DNA of 20,000 nt from an uncultured virus (IMG/VR IMGVR_UViG_3300025860_000008) (taxonomy: Duplodnaviria > Heunggongvirae > Uroviricota > Caudoviricetes). Under the pieces are notes generated by a model, which saw only the letters and a program-made list of their open reading frames with translations, did not search any database and had not been told where the DNA came from. Below, one piece after another: positions 7,593-15,506 of the stretch. The stretch lies in the IMG/VR virus record IMGVR_UViG_3300025860_000008, one strand, 5' to 3'. Position 1 is the first letter of the stretch, and every line of letters begins with the position of its first letter. A program made the translations under genes and the position numbers.

Positions 7593-7622
7593 AACCTTTA
7601 TTTTTAATTAATAACCTTTATT

Positions 7623-7703
7623 CGATGGACTTATCTCATCATTTACCCCGTAAATATACGAACAAAGACTCGGGTATCCAAGCCTTTTGGCGGGAGTCTT
7701 TAA
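7623..7703 (-). repeat. Long promoter repeat copy 3 (divergent spacer)
   Basis: TTAAAGACTCCCGCCAAAAGGCTTGGATACCCGAGTCTTTGTTCGTATATTTACGGGGTAAATGATG. Confidence 0.85.
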
Positions 7704-7988
7704 TTAAACCCAACCAATTGATTTACCATAAAATGTGGTAAGTGAGCAGGTGAGCAAACCTGGACGTGGGTGATTGAGCTTATCGTCACGACGCTCACCG
7801 TAAATATTCTTACCAGTGAAATTACCATATCGACTGTAGCTCTCCTGGTAGTACACTTTATCACCATCAACATCAACCTTCAAACACAGACATGAGCCCG
7901 TATTACTGTTGTTATCGCTAAATAACTTGCCCTCATACTCCATGATGTCCTTAACATCCCCTTCACTTAATTGTCTTACACTATACAT
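7704..7988 (-). CDS. Hypothetical protein, 94 aa
   Basis: ORF track; bracketed by repeat copies 3 and 4; ATAAAGGTTATG start. Confidence 0.75.
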   Translation of the reverse strand: MYSVRQLSEGDVKDIMEYEGKLFSDNNSNTGSCLCLKVDVDGDKVYYQESYSRYGNFTGKNIYGERRDDKLNHPRPGLLTCSLTTFYGKSIGWV

Positions 7989-8010
7989 AACCTTTATTTT
8001 TTTAATTTAA

Positions 8011-8088
8011 CTTGCGTTCCCGCCTCATTTACCCCGTAAATATACGAAGGCTCCCTCGGGGAACCACATATCTTCGCCGGTGCCTTAA
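8011..8088 (-). repeat. Long promoter repeat copy 4
   Basis: TTTAAGGCACCGGCGAAGATATGTGGTTCCCCGAGGGAGCCTTCGTATATTTACGGGGTAAATGAGGCGGGAACGCAAG. Confidence 0.85.
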
Positions 8089-8232
8089 AGAAATAGTTAT
8101 GAATATTCGCGAACCGCGCGTTTCCGTTATGTTCACAAGTATATACTCGTTACCTAGTGGTAAGGTTGGATGCGCGGGCAAGAGGGGTTAACGGCAGTGC
8201 CACTTTAGTCCATATACCCTTATCAACGTTTG

Positions 8233-8397
8233 TTACATACGCTTAATCTCATCCATCCACGTGTCATATTTAGCCATTTGTTGGTCATACTTACGCTTAG
8301 AACGCGCTCGTGAACGCTCCTCTAACCACGTCCACCCAAATGCAAATAGGAATATTGCAGGAACACCTATTAAAGCAATTATTATCTCATTATCCAT
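8233..8397 (-). CDS. Small membrane protein, 54 aa (MDNEIIIALIGVPAIFLFAFGWTWLEERSRARSKRKYDQQMAKYDTWMDEIKRM), not in ORF track
   Basis: Hand-translated; N-terminal TM helix followed by a basic tail. Confidence 0.65.
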   Translation of the reverse strand: MDNEIIIALIGVPAIFLFAFGWTWLEERSRARSKRKYDQQMAKYDTWMDEIKRM

Positions 8398-8416
8398 ATA
8401 ATGTTGATTTTAATTA

Positions 8417-8647
8417 TTAGTACTCATTTGAATCATCTCCCACGTCGTTATACTCTCCACCGCGACGATTTAATTTATCTCCACCGCTGCTGGAATCCCA
8501 TTCATTCTCATCTCTATCCACCCATTCGTCATTTCTCTGCTTTGGGTTTTGAGCAAACATCTTCAGTCGTTTAATTTCATTTATGTAATCAAAACGCTCT
8601 TGCAGTGTCATTTTACTCATCAATTCTTTATCTAATTCTACTCCCAT
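8417..8647 (-). CDS. Hypothetical protein, 76 aa
   Basis: ORF track; TAATG coupling with the upstream gene. Confidence 0.7.
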   Translation of the reverse strand: MGVELDKELMSKMTLQERFDYINEIKRLKMFAQNPKQRNDEWVDRDENEWDSSSGGDKLNRRGGEYNDVGDDSNEY

Positions 8648-8871
8648 TAAAATATAAGTTTAATTACTAACCCACCTAAAATCATTCCAACAACACAACC
8701 ACCAGCTATTGTAATAAACCAAAAGAATGCTTCCTCATTTTTCTTACGCTTAGGGCTATCATAGTAAGGATGCTCATCATATTTACTTTTTACATCATCA
8801 TATTTTCCATCTTCCAACTCACACCAATTCCACTTTTTACGATTGTATTTTCTACCTGTTTTATTTTCCAT
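8647..8871 (-). CDS. Hypothetical protein with C-terminal TM helix, 74 aa
   Basis: ORF track; hydrophobic C-terminus. Confidence 0.7.
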   Translation of the reverse strand: MENKTGRKYNRKKWNWCELEDGKYDDVKSKYDEHPYYDSPKRKKNEEAFFWFITIAGGCVVGMILGGLVIKLIF

Positions 8872-8882
8872 TTGAAGTTATA

Positions 8883-9092
8883 TTATTGGTCTATATTAAA
8901 ATATTCATCTACATTGTTTGGTTGAAAACCAGCCCCTAAAGCTAATTGCTTACATATTTGGTAAAATTCACCAATTGTTAAATCGCTATGATCTCTTTTT
9001 ATCACAACCTCTTCATCCCAATGTTTAAAACTTAATGTTGATTCTTGATTTACTATCATATTATATAATTTACATTTCACGTTTATCCCCAT
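8883..9092 (-). CDS. Hypothetical protein (start probably at the second Met, MIVNQE)
   Basis: ORF track; the longest start overlaps the ligase 3' end. Confidence 0.6.
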   Translation of the reverse strand: MGINVKCKLYNMIVNQESTLSFKHWDEEVVIKRDHSDLTIGEFYQICKQLALGAGFQPNNVDEYFNIDQ

Positions 9093-10359
9093 GTATTACT
9101 TTTACAGTTGGGAATCTTAAACTAATACCACCTTTATCATTTTTGGTTTCCTCAAAATATTGAACCGTAATTACTTTACCTAAAATTGATCCATCCATAT
9201 ACTCCAAACGCTGCTCTTGGGTAAATCCACTACCTACCTTCACAATATGTCCTTTATGTTCAATCCAAACCTGAGCCAACATCGTCATCGACTCAGACTT
9301 ACCATCTCTAACTACCTCATGTGTATCATTATCCCACCCTAACACTTCATACTCAGCATCATGGAATTTCTTTACCTTAACCAAGTTTTTAGTACGCTTA
9401 CCTTCATAACCACAATTCTTACGTAACATTAAACCTTCCCAATTATCTTTACATTCAATATTTCTCCAATATTCAAAATGATCCTCACCTGTAATTAATG
9501 TTTGATCTGTAAAACGTAAAATATCACATTTACTTTCTATCATTGGCTTATCTAAATTATTTCTAACCCAAGACCTACATTTAAGCAAACGTGTTTTTAA
9601 TGGCTCTGTACCTTTACCACTATCAAATTCATCATTTCTCAACATATCAAATACCATATATGCTGGGTTTTTAATTTGATGATCTTTACGTCTCAATTGC
9701 TTCATTACACCTTGAAAATCTTCATTACCATCTTCATCAACTAAACAAATCTCACCATCAAATGTAGTACTAATAATACCAGTATCTTCAATAGCTTCTT
9801 TAACTTTATTTAATGTGGTAAATTCTTTACCTGTTCTACTAAATAATGAGCAATTACCCTCACTATCAACTCTAGCTATACATCTAACTCCATCTAATTT
9901 TCTAGAAACATACCATTCATCACTCCATTCACATTTACCTTTATACTCTTGAGCCAACACTACGTTAAACTCAGGAATAAGACCTGGTACTGCTTTATTA
10001 ATAACTTTAGCTCCAGCCCTAATACCTAAATCTTTATCAATAATTTTATAAACATTATGTCCATAAGCAGTAGCCATTTCAAACCCATTTACTTGATGAA
10101 TTGCATCATGTCCTGTGTAAACTCTATTAGTTAGGTCATTTAACAAACTAAAAACATCCTTATGTGTGTTATATTTGAATTTCCCTTTATTTTTCTTACA
10201 CGTTTTACTGGTGACATAGTATTGTTTGTAGGGGTTATATGTCGCTTCAAGTACATCATGAATAAACGCAGAACTACGCTTAATAATGTCTATTTTGTCC
10301 GTAGCACTGCTCGTACTTCGCATTTCATTTATAAAATCTTCTAATTCAGTCATAACCAT
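9070..10359 (-). CDS. lig: ATP-dependent DNA ligase
   Basis: Motif I SRKLDGVR; FSRTGK; FDGEI; VFDML; EGLMLRK; YEGKRT...VKVK; OB-fold VGSGFT; SLRFPT. Confidence 0.95.
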   Translation of the reverse strand: MVMTELEDFINEMRSTSSATDKIDIIKRSSAFIHDVLEATYNPYKQYYVTSKTCKKNKGKFKYNTHKDVFSLLNDLTNRVYTGHDAIHQVNGFEMATAYGHNVYKIIDKDLGIRAGAKVINKAVPGLIPEFNVVLAQEYKGKCEWSDEWYVSRKLDGVRCIARVDSEGNCSLFSRTGKEFTTLNKVKEAIEDTGIISTTFDGEICLVDEDGNEDFQGVMKQLRRKDHQIKNPAYMVFDMLRNDEFDSGKGTEPLKTRLLKCRSWVRNNLDKPMIESKCDILRFTDQTLITGEDHFEYWRNIECKDNWEGLMLRKNCGYEGKRTKNLVKVKKFHDAEYEVLGWDNDTHEVVRDGKSESMTMLAQVWIEHKGHIVKVGSGFTQEQRLEYMDGSILGKVITVQYFEETKNDKGGISLRFPTVKVIHGDKREM

Positions 10360-10583
10360 TATCTTTCTAATATTACAAATGAACCAAAATACTTATCAAA
10401 TACTTCAATTAGATTCTCATAATCACCTGAAGTCATTTCATCACTTATCTTACTAAAATCTAATTTGAGTTGGTTGGCAAAGTTTTTAGCAAAGCCTAGT
10501 AATGCAAACGCATTACCATCGGGACCTGTCAAGTCAATTATCATTGGAGTTGACGGTTTTAAATCTTGTTTTTTTCTAATCAT
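10359..10583 (-). CDS. Conserved phage hypothetical protein (IDLTGPDGNAF...SGDYENL)
   Basis: Start re-called at MIRKKQ (ATAAAGGTTATG); the longer ORF-track start lies inside repeat copy 5. Confidence 0.8.
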   Translation of the reverse strand: MIRKKQDLKPSTPMIIDLTGPDGNAFALLGFAKNFANQLKLDFSKISDEMTSGDYENLIEVFDKYFGSFVILER

Positions 10584-10606
10584 AACCTTTATTTTTTTAA
10601 TTATTA

Positions 10607-10683
10607 ATTCGGCTTCGCGCCTCATTTATACGTAAATATACGAACCCTCTCTTGCTTCTCCAAGCAATTCACCGGGAGTTTCA
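10607..10683 (-). repeat. Long promoter repeat copy 5
   Basis: TGAAACTCCCGGTGAATTGCTTGGAGAAGCAAGAGAGGGTTCGTATATTTACGTATAAATGAGGCGCGAAGCCGAA. Confidence 0.9.
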
Positions 10684-10851
10684 AATTTGTCTATCAGGAT
10701 GCCAATTATAATCATCACCACCCTTATGTTTAGGTTTACGTTTATAATCTTTTTTACTCTTATGAATATTACCTCGCATAGCCTGCCAAATTTCTTGTTG
10801 AGTGAGTGTTACTTTCTCTAATTTTTTATTTTTATCCTTTTCAGTACTCAT
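10681..10851 (-). CDS. Small basic protein, 56 aa, with HKSKKDYKRKPKHK motif, not in ORF track
   Basis: Hand-translated MSTEKDKNKKLEKVTLTQQEIWQAMRGNIHKSKKDYKRKPKHKGGDDYNWHPDRQI; overlaps the GT2 stop; its own stop abuts repeat 5. Confidence 0.65.
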   Translation of the reverse strand: MSTEKDKNKKLEKVTLTQQEIWQAMRGNIHKSKKDYKRKPKHKGGDDYNWHPDRQI

Positions 10852-11983
10852 CACTAATTTTTAAAACATCATCTCCATTATAACTAATATATCCATACCA
10901 TCCATTCAATATGTGTCCAAACCCAAAATAATTATGAGGTGCATTATCAATATTACAATCAAATATTTGTTTATTAATGTGAAATCTTACTTTATTAACT
11001 TTCCACTTTTCATAATTTTCATACATTATATCTAATGTTTCTTGATTACTTACATAAATAATAACTTCATCATATTCCTCCTCAACACTACCATTATAAA
11101 TTATAGTATTATCATAATACAACTCATTCAATAGTTGTTTTTCATAAGGCTTTATATCTGTTTTTATAAAATTAACTCTACTATTATGTGATGTTTTATG
11201 AAAATCAGCTTCATAAAAAGCCCAGGCTAACTTATTAATTGGTAAATATTTTAAATCAAAAGTACACTCATCATCATCTTTCCAAATAGTACTATACTTT
11301 TCTTCAATCCTACATCTTTCTTCCTCAATTAATCGCTCTGATTCATTATCATAACCATCAAATTGTCTGTGTGAGAAACTACCTTGACTAGCATAATTGT
11401 ATTTATATAATTCTCTAGGTAAAAACATTACTTTACCCCTAGCTTCAATATGTCTCCAAATATTAAGATCATTTTGAAAATAATCTAATTTACCATCATA
11501 ATCAAAATGTGGTATTACATTTCTCCAAGCTCGGCCATAAGTCATAATAAAATTACTCTGCGCCTCTAAATTAGGAGCAGTCCACTCAAACAACTCAACA
11601 CCATTTTTATTTTTTAAAGCACCACAACATATCCCAATCAATGAAGGATCTTCCATAAAATGTTTAGCGTAAACTTCAAGTATATTAGGGTACATTGTGT
11701 CATCACTATCCATCTGGAAGATAACATTACCACTAGCACCATAATTAGGATTATAAAATAATTCTTTTTTTCTAGACTGAGTGTAATAAACTACCCTATG
11801 GTCATTTTTAGCTATCTCTTTTAAACGCTCTTCAGCATTTTTATCGGGAGAAAAATCATCAGTTACAACCCATTCCCAATATTTGTAAGTTTGAGCTTTT
11901 AAACCTTCATAAATATGGTCTACCCAATCACTTCGTTTATAGAATGATGTATTAACCGTAAAATTAATTCTTTCTCCCTTCAT
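10841..11983 (-). CDS. Glycosyltransferase family 2 protein with an extra C-terminal domain
   Basis: AQTYKYWEWVVTDDFS, ASGNVIFQMDSDD (DxD), QND, LYKY GT-A motifs. Confidence 0.88.
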   Translation of the reverse strand: MKGERINFTVNTSFYKRSDWVDHIYEGLKAQTYKYWEWVVTDDFSPDKNAEERLKEIAKNDHRVVYYTQSRKKELFYNPNYGASGNVIFQMDSDDTMYPNILEVYAKHFMEDPSLIGICCGALKNKNGVELFEWTAPNLEAQSNFIMTYGRAWRNVIPHFDYDGKLDYFQNDLNIWRHIEARGKVMFLPRELYKYNYASQGSFSHRQFDGYDNESERLIEEERCRIEEKYSTIWKDDDECTFDLKYLPINKLAWAFYEADFHKTSHNSRVNFIKTDIKPYEKQLLNELYYDNTIIYNGSVEEEYDEVIIYVSNQETLDIMYENYEKWKVNKVRFHINKQIFDCNIDNAPHNYFGFGHILNGWYGYISYNGDDVLKISDEY

Positions 11984-11985
11984 AT

Positions 11986-12225
11986 TTAAAATGGTAATTC
12001 TTCTTGTTTTTGTTTACTAATAGGTTCAGAATGGTCTTCTAATTTTCTATAATTAAAAGAAGCAAAAGGTTGTTCACCTAATTCTAATATACCAACTCCA
12101 CCACCATATTTACTATCAATTTCTTTCTTCATTTGATGAGCTCGTTTACGAGCCATATAATCATTTTCAGCATAAACATACATATCCATCTTTACAACGT
12201 ATCTTTTTTCTTCTTTACCCATCAT
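11986..12225 (-). CDS. Hypothetical protein, 79 aa (ends EELPF)
   Basis: ORF track; tight packing. Confidence 0.7.
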   Translation of the reverse strand: MMGKEEKRYVVKMDMYVYAENDYMARKRAHQMKKEIDSKYGGGVGILELGEQPFASFNYRKLEDHSEPISKQKQEELPF

Positions 12226-12401
12226 TACTTTTTTTTAAATGTATTATATAAATTATACAAATATAAACCTAAAGCTGCAGGCCAAACTAATATACAAACA
12301 GCTCTTTCTATATTTGAAAATTGATTCTTAGTCCCAAATAGCAACCAGTCCCACAATGAAGTGAGAGCTGATCCTATTACTATGTAAATTAAAATATACA
12401 T
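12225..12401 (-). CDS. Small 2-TM membrane protein, 58 aa (MYILIYIVIGSALTSLWDWLLFG...VWPAALGLYLYNLYNTFKKK), not in ORF track
   Basis: Hand-translated; TAATG overlaps at both ends fill the gap exactly. Confidence 0.75.
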   Translation of the reverse strand: MYILIYIVIGSALTSLWDWLLFGTKNQFSNIERAVCILVWPAALGLYLYNLYNTFKKK

Positions 12402-13201
12402 TATGCTGTCATGTTTATCGGCTCATCAAATAACCAGTTAACTTTATTTTTACTGTTCAAGTTGAAGAACAATTTATTTCCACTACCACCTCGACGGTTT
12501 TTACTGAAATGGAAAAAACGCTGACCATCACCGTCAAATTTTAAATGACCCATTGCTGTTGTCATATGCTTAATCTTATTTGACCCAACAAACGTTCCAC
12601 CTTTAGTAACTTGTTGAATGATCAAAAACGTGCTATTAATTTTATCATCATTATTTGCTTGGTTATGCTCATCAAGCAACTGCAAAATTCGGTTGGTATT
12701 TGACTTACCAGTACCACCAAAATAATCAACATAATTATCTGAAATCTCAGCAAGCGAATCAATTAATACACAATCATAACCCTCTTTAAGTGCAGTTCGA
12801 AGAACAACATCAGGATTAACTTCACTATAATCACCCATAAACAAGATATCTAAATCTCCAAATTTTGGGAATCGCTTAACATAACCAACCATGTCAATAG
12901 CATTCATTTCACCTGAAATGAACAAACATTTTTTACCTTTCTGATTAAGATCAGCAAGAACATCTAACAATACTGTTGTTTTACCAACACCTGGATCACC
13001 AGTAACTACAACATTTGTACCAGGCATTACTCCACCTTCCATACTGAAGAATGGATCAACCTTTGTACCTGTTTTCATTGGCTCAAACAATTTCTTGTTG
13101 AATTCCATATTATCCATTTTAACTGTTTTAACAACAACACTTTGTGTTGGGTTGTTAACAACTTTCTTACTCGGACGACCTCTTTTAACTTTATTTACCA
13201 T
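12401..13201 (-). CDS. RecA-superfamily ATPase, RadA/Sms-like ATPase domain with N-terminal AT-hook-like motif
   Basis: Walker A GDPGVGKTT; LFISGE; Walker B VLIDS; QVTKGG..VGSNKIKHM; KNRRG. Confidence 0.85.
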   Translation of the reverse strand: MVNKVKRGRPSKKVVNNPTQSVVVKTVKMDNMEFNKKLFEPMKTGTKVDPFFSMEGGVMPGTNVVVTGDPGVGKTTVLLDVLADLNQKGKKCLFISGEMNAIDMVGYVKRFPKFGDLDILFMGDYSEVNPDVVLRTALKEGYDCVLIDSLAEISDNYVDYFGGTGKSNTNRILQLLDEHNQANNDDKINSTFLIIQQVTKGGTFVGSNKIKHMTTAMGHLKFDGDGQRFFHFSKNRRGGSGNKLFFNLNSKNKVNWLFDEPINMTA

Positions 13202-13227
13202 AACCTTTATTTAATTAATTTAACATT

Positions 13228-13300
13228 TCTGGGCTCTCACCTCATTTACCCCGTAAATATACGAACGCTTCCTCGCTTCTCCACATATTTTGCGCATTAT
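13228..13300 (-). repeat. Long promoter repeat copy 6
   Basis: ATGCGCAAAATATGTGGAGAAGCGAGGAAGCGTTCGTATATTTACGGGGTAAATGAGGTGAGAGCCCAG. Confidence 0.9.
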
Positions 13301-13302
13301 TT

Positions 13303-13629
13303 TTAACTTAATGTGGAATTCTTTAACATTTGGTTGAGATGAGCTGTGTTTCTAGCAGTTGAACACATTCTAATCACTTCAGCAACTTTATCAGTTGATA
13401 ACCAACCTGCAACTTGATCACCATTACCTAAAACAACATCCTTATTGTTACCTGTAATCATAATCTCAGCAGATGTGGCTTCCCAAAATTCACCCTTCAT
13501 AGATTCATCAAACGAACCATCATTTTTCCTGCTACAGTAGTTACCTACACCCCATTGAACTGATATACCAAACCCGTTTTCAAAGGTCATATTAAACCCT
13601 TTATTAAATGTACTAACAAATTTACTCAT
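13303..13629 (-). CDS. Conserved phage hypothetical protein (GFNMTFENGFGISVQWG.GNYC)
   Basis: ORF track; ATAAAGGTTATG start. Confidence 0.8.
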   Translation of the reverse strand: MSKFVSTFNKGFNMTFENGFGISVQWGVGNYCSRKNDGSFDESMKGEFWEATSAEIMITGNNKDVVLGNGDQVAGWLSTDKVAEVIRMCSTARNTAHLNQMLKNSTLS

Positions 13630-13634
13630 AACCT

Positions 13635-13817
13635 TTATTTTTTAATTATTAATTCTAAATTATTATCTTCAAATTTGATACCAACAACTTCATGTCCATT
13701 ATCAACTTCTACTTTTTTGATGAACTTATTCAAATCAAACGATCTAAACATGATACCACTTAATGCTTCCCCATCGAAACCATCTTTCCAGAATATCTTT
13801 TCTTCAAACTTTTCCAT
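13635..13817 (-). CDS. Hypothetical protein, 60 aa (MEKFEEKIFW...)
   Basis: Start re-called downstream of repeat copy 7. Confidence 0.7.
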   Translation of the reverse strand: MEKFEEKIFWKDGFDGEALSGIMFRSFDLNKFIKKVEVDNGHEVVGIKFEDNNLELIIKK

Positions 13818-13830
13818 TTTTATTTTTATT

Positions 13831-13907
13831 TTGGGCTCGCACCCCATTTACCTTGTAAATATACGAAGGGGATCTGGCTAAGCCAAATCCCCTCGCATGA
13901 GTCTTTA
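13831..13907 (-). repeat. Long promoter repeat copy 7, with spacer replaced by a hairpin
   Basis: TTAAAGACTCATGCGAGGGGATTTGGCTTAGCCAGATCCCCTTCGTATATTTACAAGGTAAATGGGGTGCGAGCCCAA. Confidence 0.85.
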
Positions 13908-13913
13908 ATAAAT

Positions 13914-14249
13914 TTACTGTTTGTCTTTTGTGGGTTTAGTAATTGGTTTAGGAGCTGTAAACGAAGGTGGGGTTACTACAGGTTTTGTAGGTCTTGGCTT
14001 TGGATTTACAGGTCTTATAATTACTGGAGGTGTATTATAATAATTGTAGTTGTAAGGATATCTATTAATCCCATTATCATAATAATAGTTGTTATAAACT
14101 TTTGGTCTTAATGAATTGACATCAATAAGAATTGTATCACCCTGAGGAGTGACACCTAATACTTTAACAAAATTATACTCTGTTGAAGGTTGGTAAGAAG
14201 CACAACTTATTATAGATAAGAGTACTAATACTACTAAAGATTCTTTCAT
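13914..14249 (-). CDS. Putative lipoprotein with Tyr/Asn-rich and Pro-rich C-terminal segments
   Basis: MKESLVVLVLLSIIS-C lipobox-like signal; NNYYY and PKPRPTKP tracts. Confidence 0.75.
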   Translation of the reverse strand: MKESLVVLVLLSIISCASYQPSTEYNFVKVLGVTPQGDTILIDVNSLRPKVYNNYYYDNGINRYPYNYNYYNTPPVIIRPVNPKPRPTKPVVTPPSFTAPKPITKPTKDKQ

Positions 14250-14254
14250 ACATT

Positions 14255-14806
14255 TTATACTAGCGGAGTTCCTAGCATTATTTTTTCATGCTTTGTACCA
14301 GCAATGCTCCTTGTATATGAACCATCATCGTTCATAATAATATCTTTACCAGCCAATGCTTTCTCAATAGTAGCTTGGTCAGTTACCTGAGGTACACCTG
14401 CTTTAAGTAAGATATCTTTTATTTTTCCTGATACTTCAACATAAAAACCTGGTTTTTTTAACCTATCTATTTTATGTGTAATAACAGCTCTTTTAGCTTC
14501 ACGAGAACCATCATGGCCTGTAGCAACGAACTTTTCACCAGCAGCTTTACGTTTAGATACGTTAACTGCATCAATATCTCCATCATCATCTAAATCAATC
14601 ACTTCATACTCAGCACCTCTGCCTGTTTCTTTATCTACGTCACCAACACTTTTAAAATTACTATGACCTCCAATGTAGGCATAAGCAGATTTAATTAACT
14701 CTATAATATCATCAGCTTCATCAGAAGCTTCTGTAGAACTTAATTTATCCCAATCCCCTTCTAGCAGGTATTGATTTTTAAAGTATTTTTGTAGATTAAA
14801 ACTCAT
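14255..14806 (-). CDS. Hypothetical protein, candidate internal head protein
   Basis: N-terminus MSFNLQKYFKNQYLLE resembles those of its neighbours. Confidence 0.75.
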   Translation of the reverse strand: MSFNLQKYFKNQYLLEGDWDKLSSTEASDEADDIIELIKSAYAYIGGHSNFKSVGDVDKETGRGAEYEVIDLDDDGDIDAVNVSKRKAAGEKFVATGHDGSREAKRAVITHKIDRLKKPGFYVEVSGKIKDILLKAGVPQVTDQATIEKALAGKDIIMNDDGSYTRSIAGTKHEKIMLGTPLV

Positions 14807-14807
14807 A

Positions 14808-15122
14808 TTATTCTCCAGTTACTAAATCTTTAGCACTAATAATTGCTTGTTCTAAACCATCATGTACATCATCACTACCTATATGATAAAATTTTTCTTT
14901 AGCATCTTCCATATAAGCAACAAATTCCATTACTTCATCTGCTGAAGGCATATTCCAAACACCTTCTTTAATTTCTTCTTTATCTTGTTTAGCTTCATAA
15001 GCTGCTTTAACACTTTCTAGTGTTGGTAGTGCTTCACCTGTCTTTCTAGTATCATACCCAGGTGAGTTTTCATTTAATAGTGATTTTTCACCAAGAAATT
15101 TTTTCAAGTTAAATTTATCCAT
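14808..15122 (-). CDS. Hypothetical protein, candidate internal head protein
   Basis: N-terminus MDKFNLKKFLGEKSLLNE. Confidence 0.75.
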   Translation of the reverse strand: MDKFNLKKFLGEKSLLNENSPGYDTRKTGEALPTLESVKAAYEAKQDKEEIKEGVWNMPSADEVMEFVAYMEDAKEKFYHIGSDDVHDGLEQAIISAKDLVTGE

Positions 15123-15145
15123 TTTATTTTATTTTATTTTTATTT

Positions 15146-15505
15146 TTATTGACCTCTTCCAAATTCAAAAGCAATACCAAACTCTTGGCCTACTTCTTCT
15201 AATACATCTGATGGGTCTATTCCTGTATCTCTAATCATTTGAATTATTTCACCTATTACTTGGCCAGATCTTTTATCTGTACCCGCAGCACCAAAGCTTA
15301 TTTCAGCTAATCTCAATTGCTTTTCATCATACTCCATTTCTTCTCCATCAGCTTTTTTAACTGAGTAAGCATTAAGATCAGACCCAAACATCCTACGTGT
15401 TTTAGTAATCTCCATTTCTGGACCACCATTATTCATGGTTACTTTATCACCAACTTTAAATTTAGCTTCGTTAAGATATTCTCTAAAATTATTTAATTCC
15501 TTCAT
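15146..15505 (-). CDS. Hypothetical protein (MKELNNFREYLNEA-KFKVGDKV, SH3/YodC-like), candidate internal head protein
   Basis: Start re-called at MKELNN, just after the esterase stop; the upstream 36 aa of the ORF-track call overlap the esterase. Confidence 0.7.
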   Translation of the reverse strand: MKELNNFREYLNEAKFKVGDKVTMNNGGPEMEITKTRRMFGSDLNAYSVKKADGEEMEYDEKQLRLAEISFGAAGTDKRSGQVIGEIIQMIRDTGIDPSDVLEEVGQEFGIAFEFGRGQ

Positions 15506-15506
15506 C

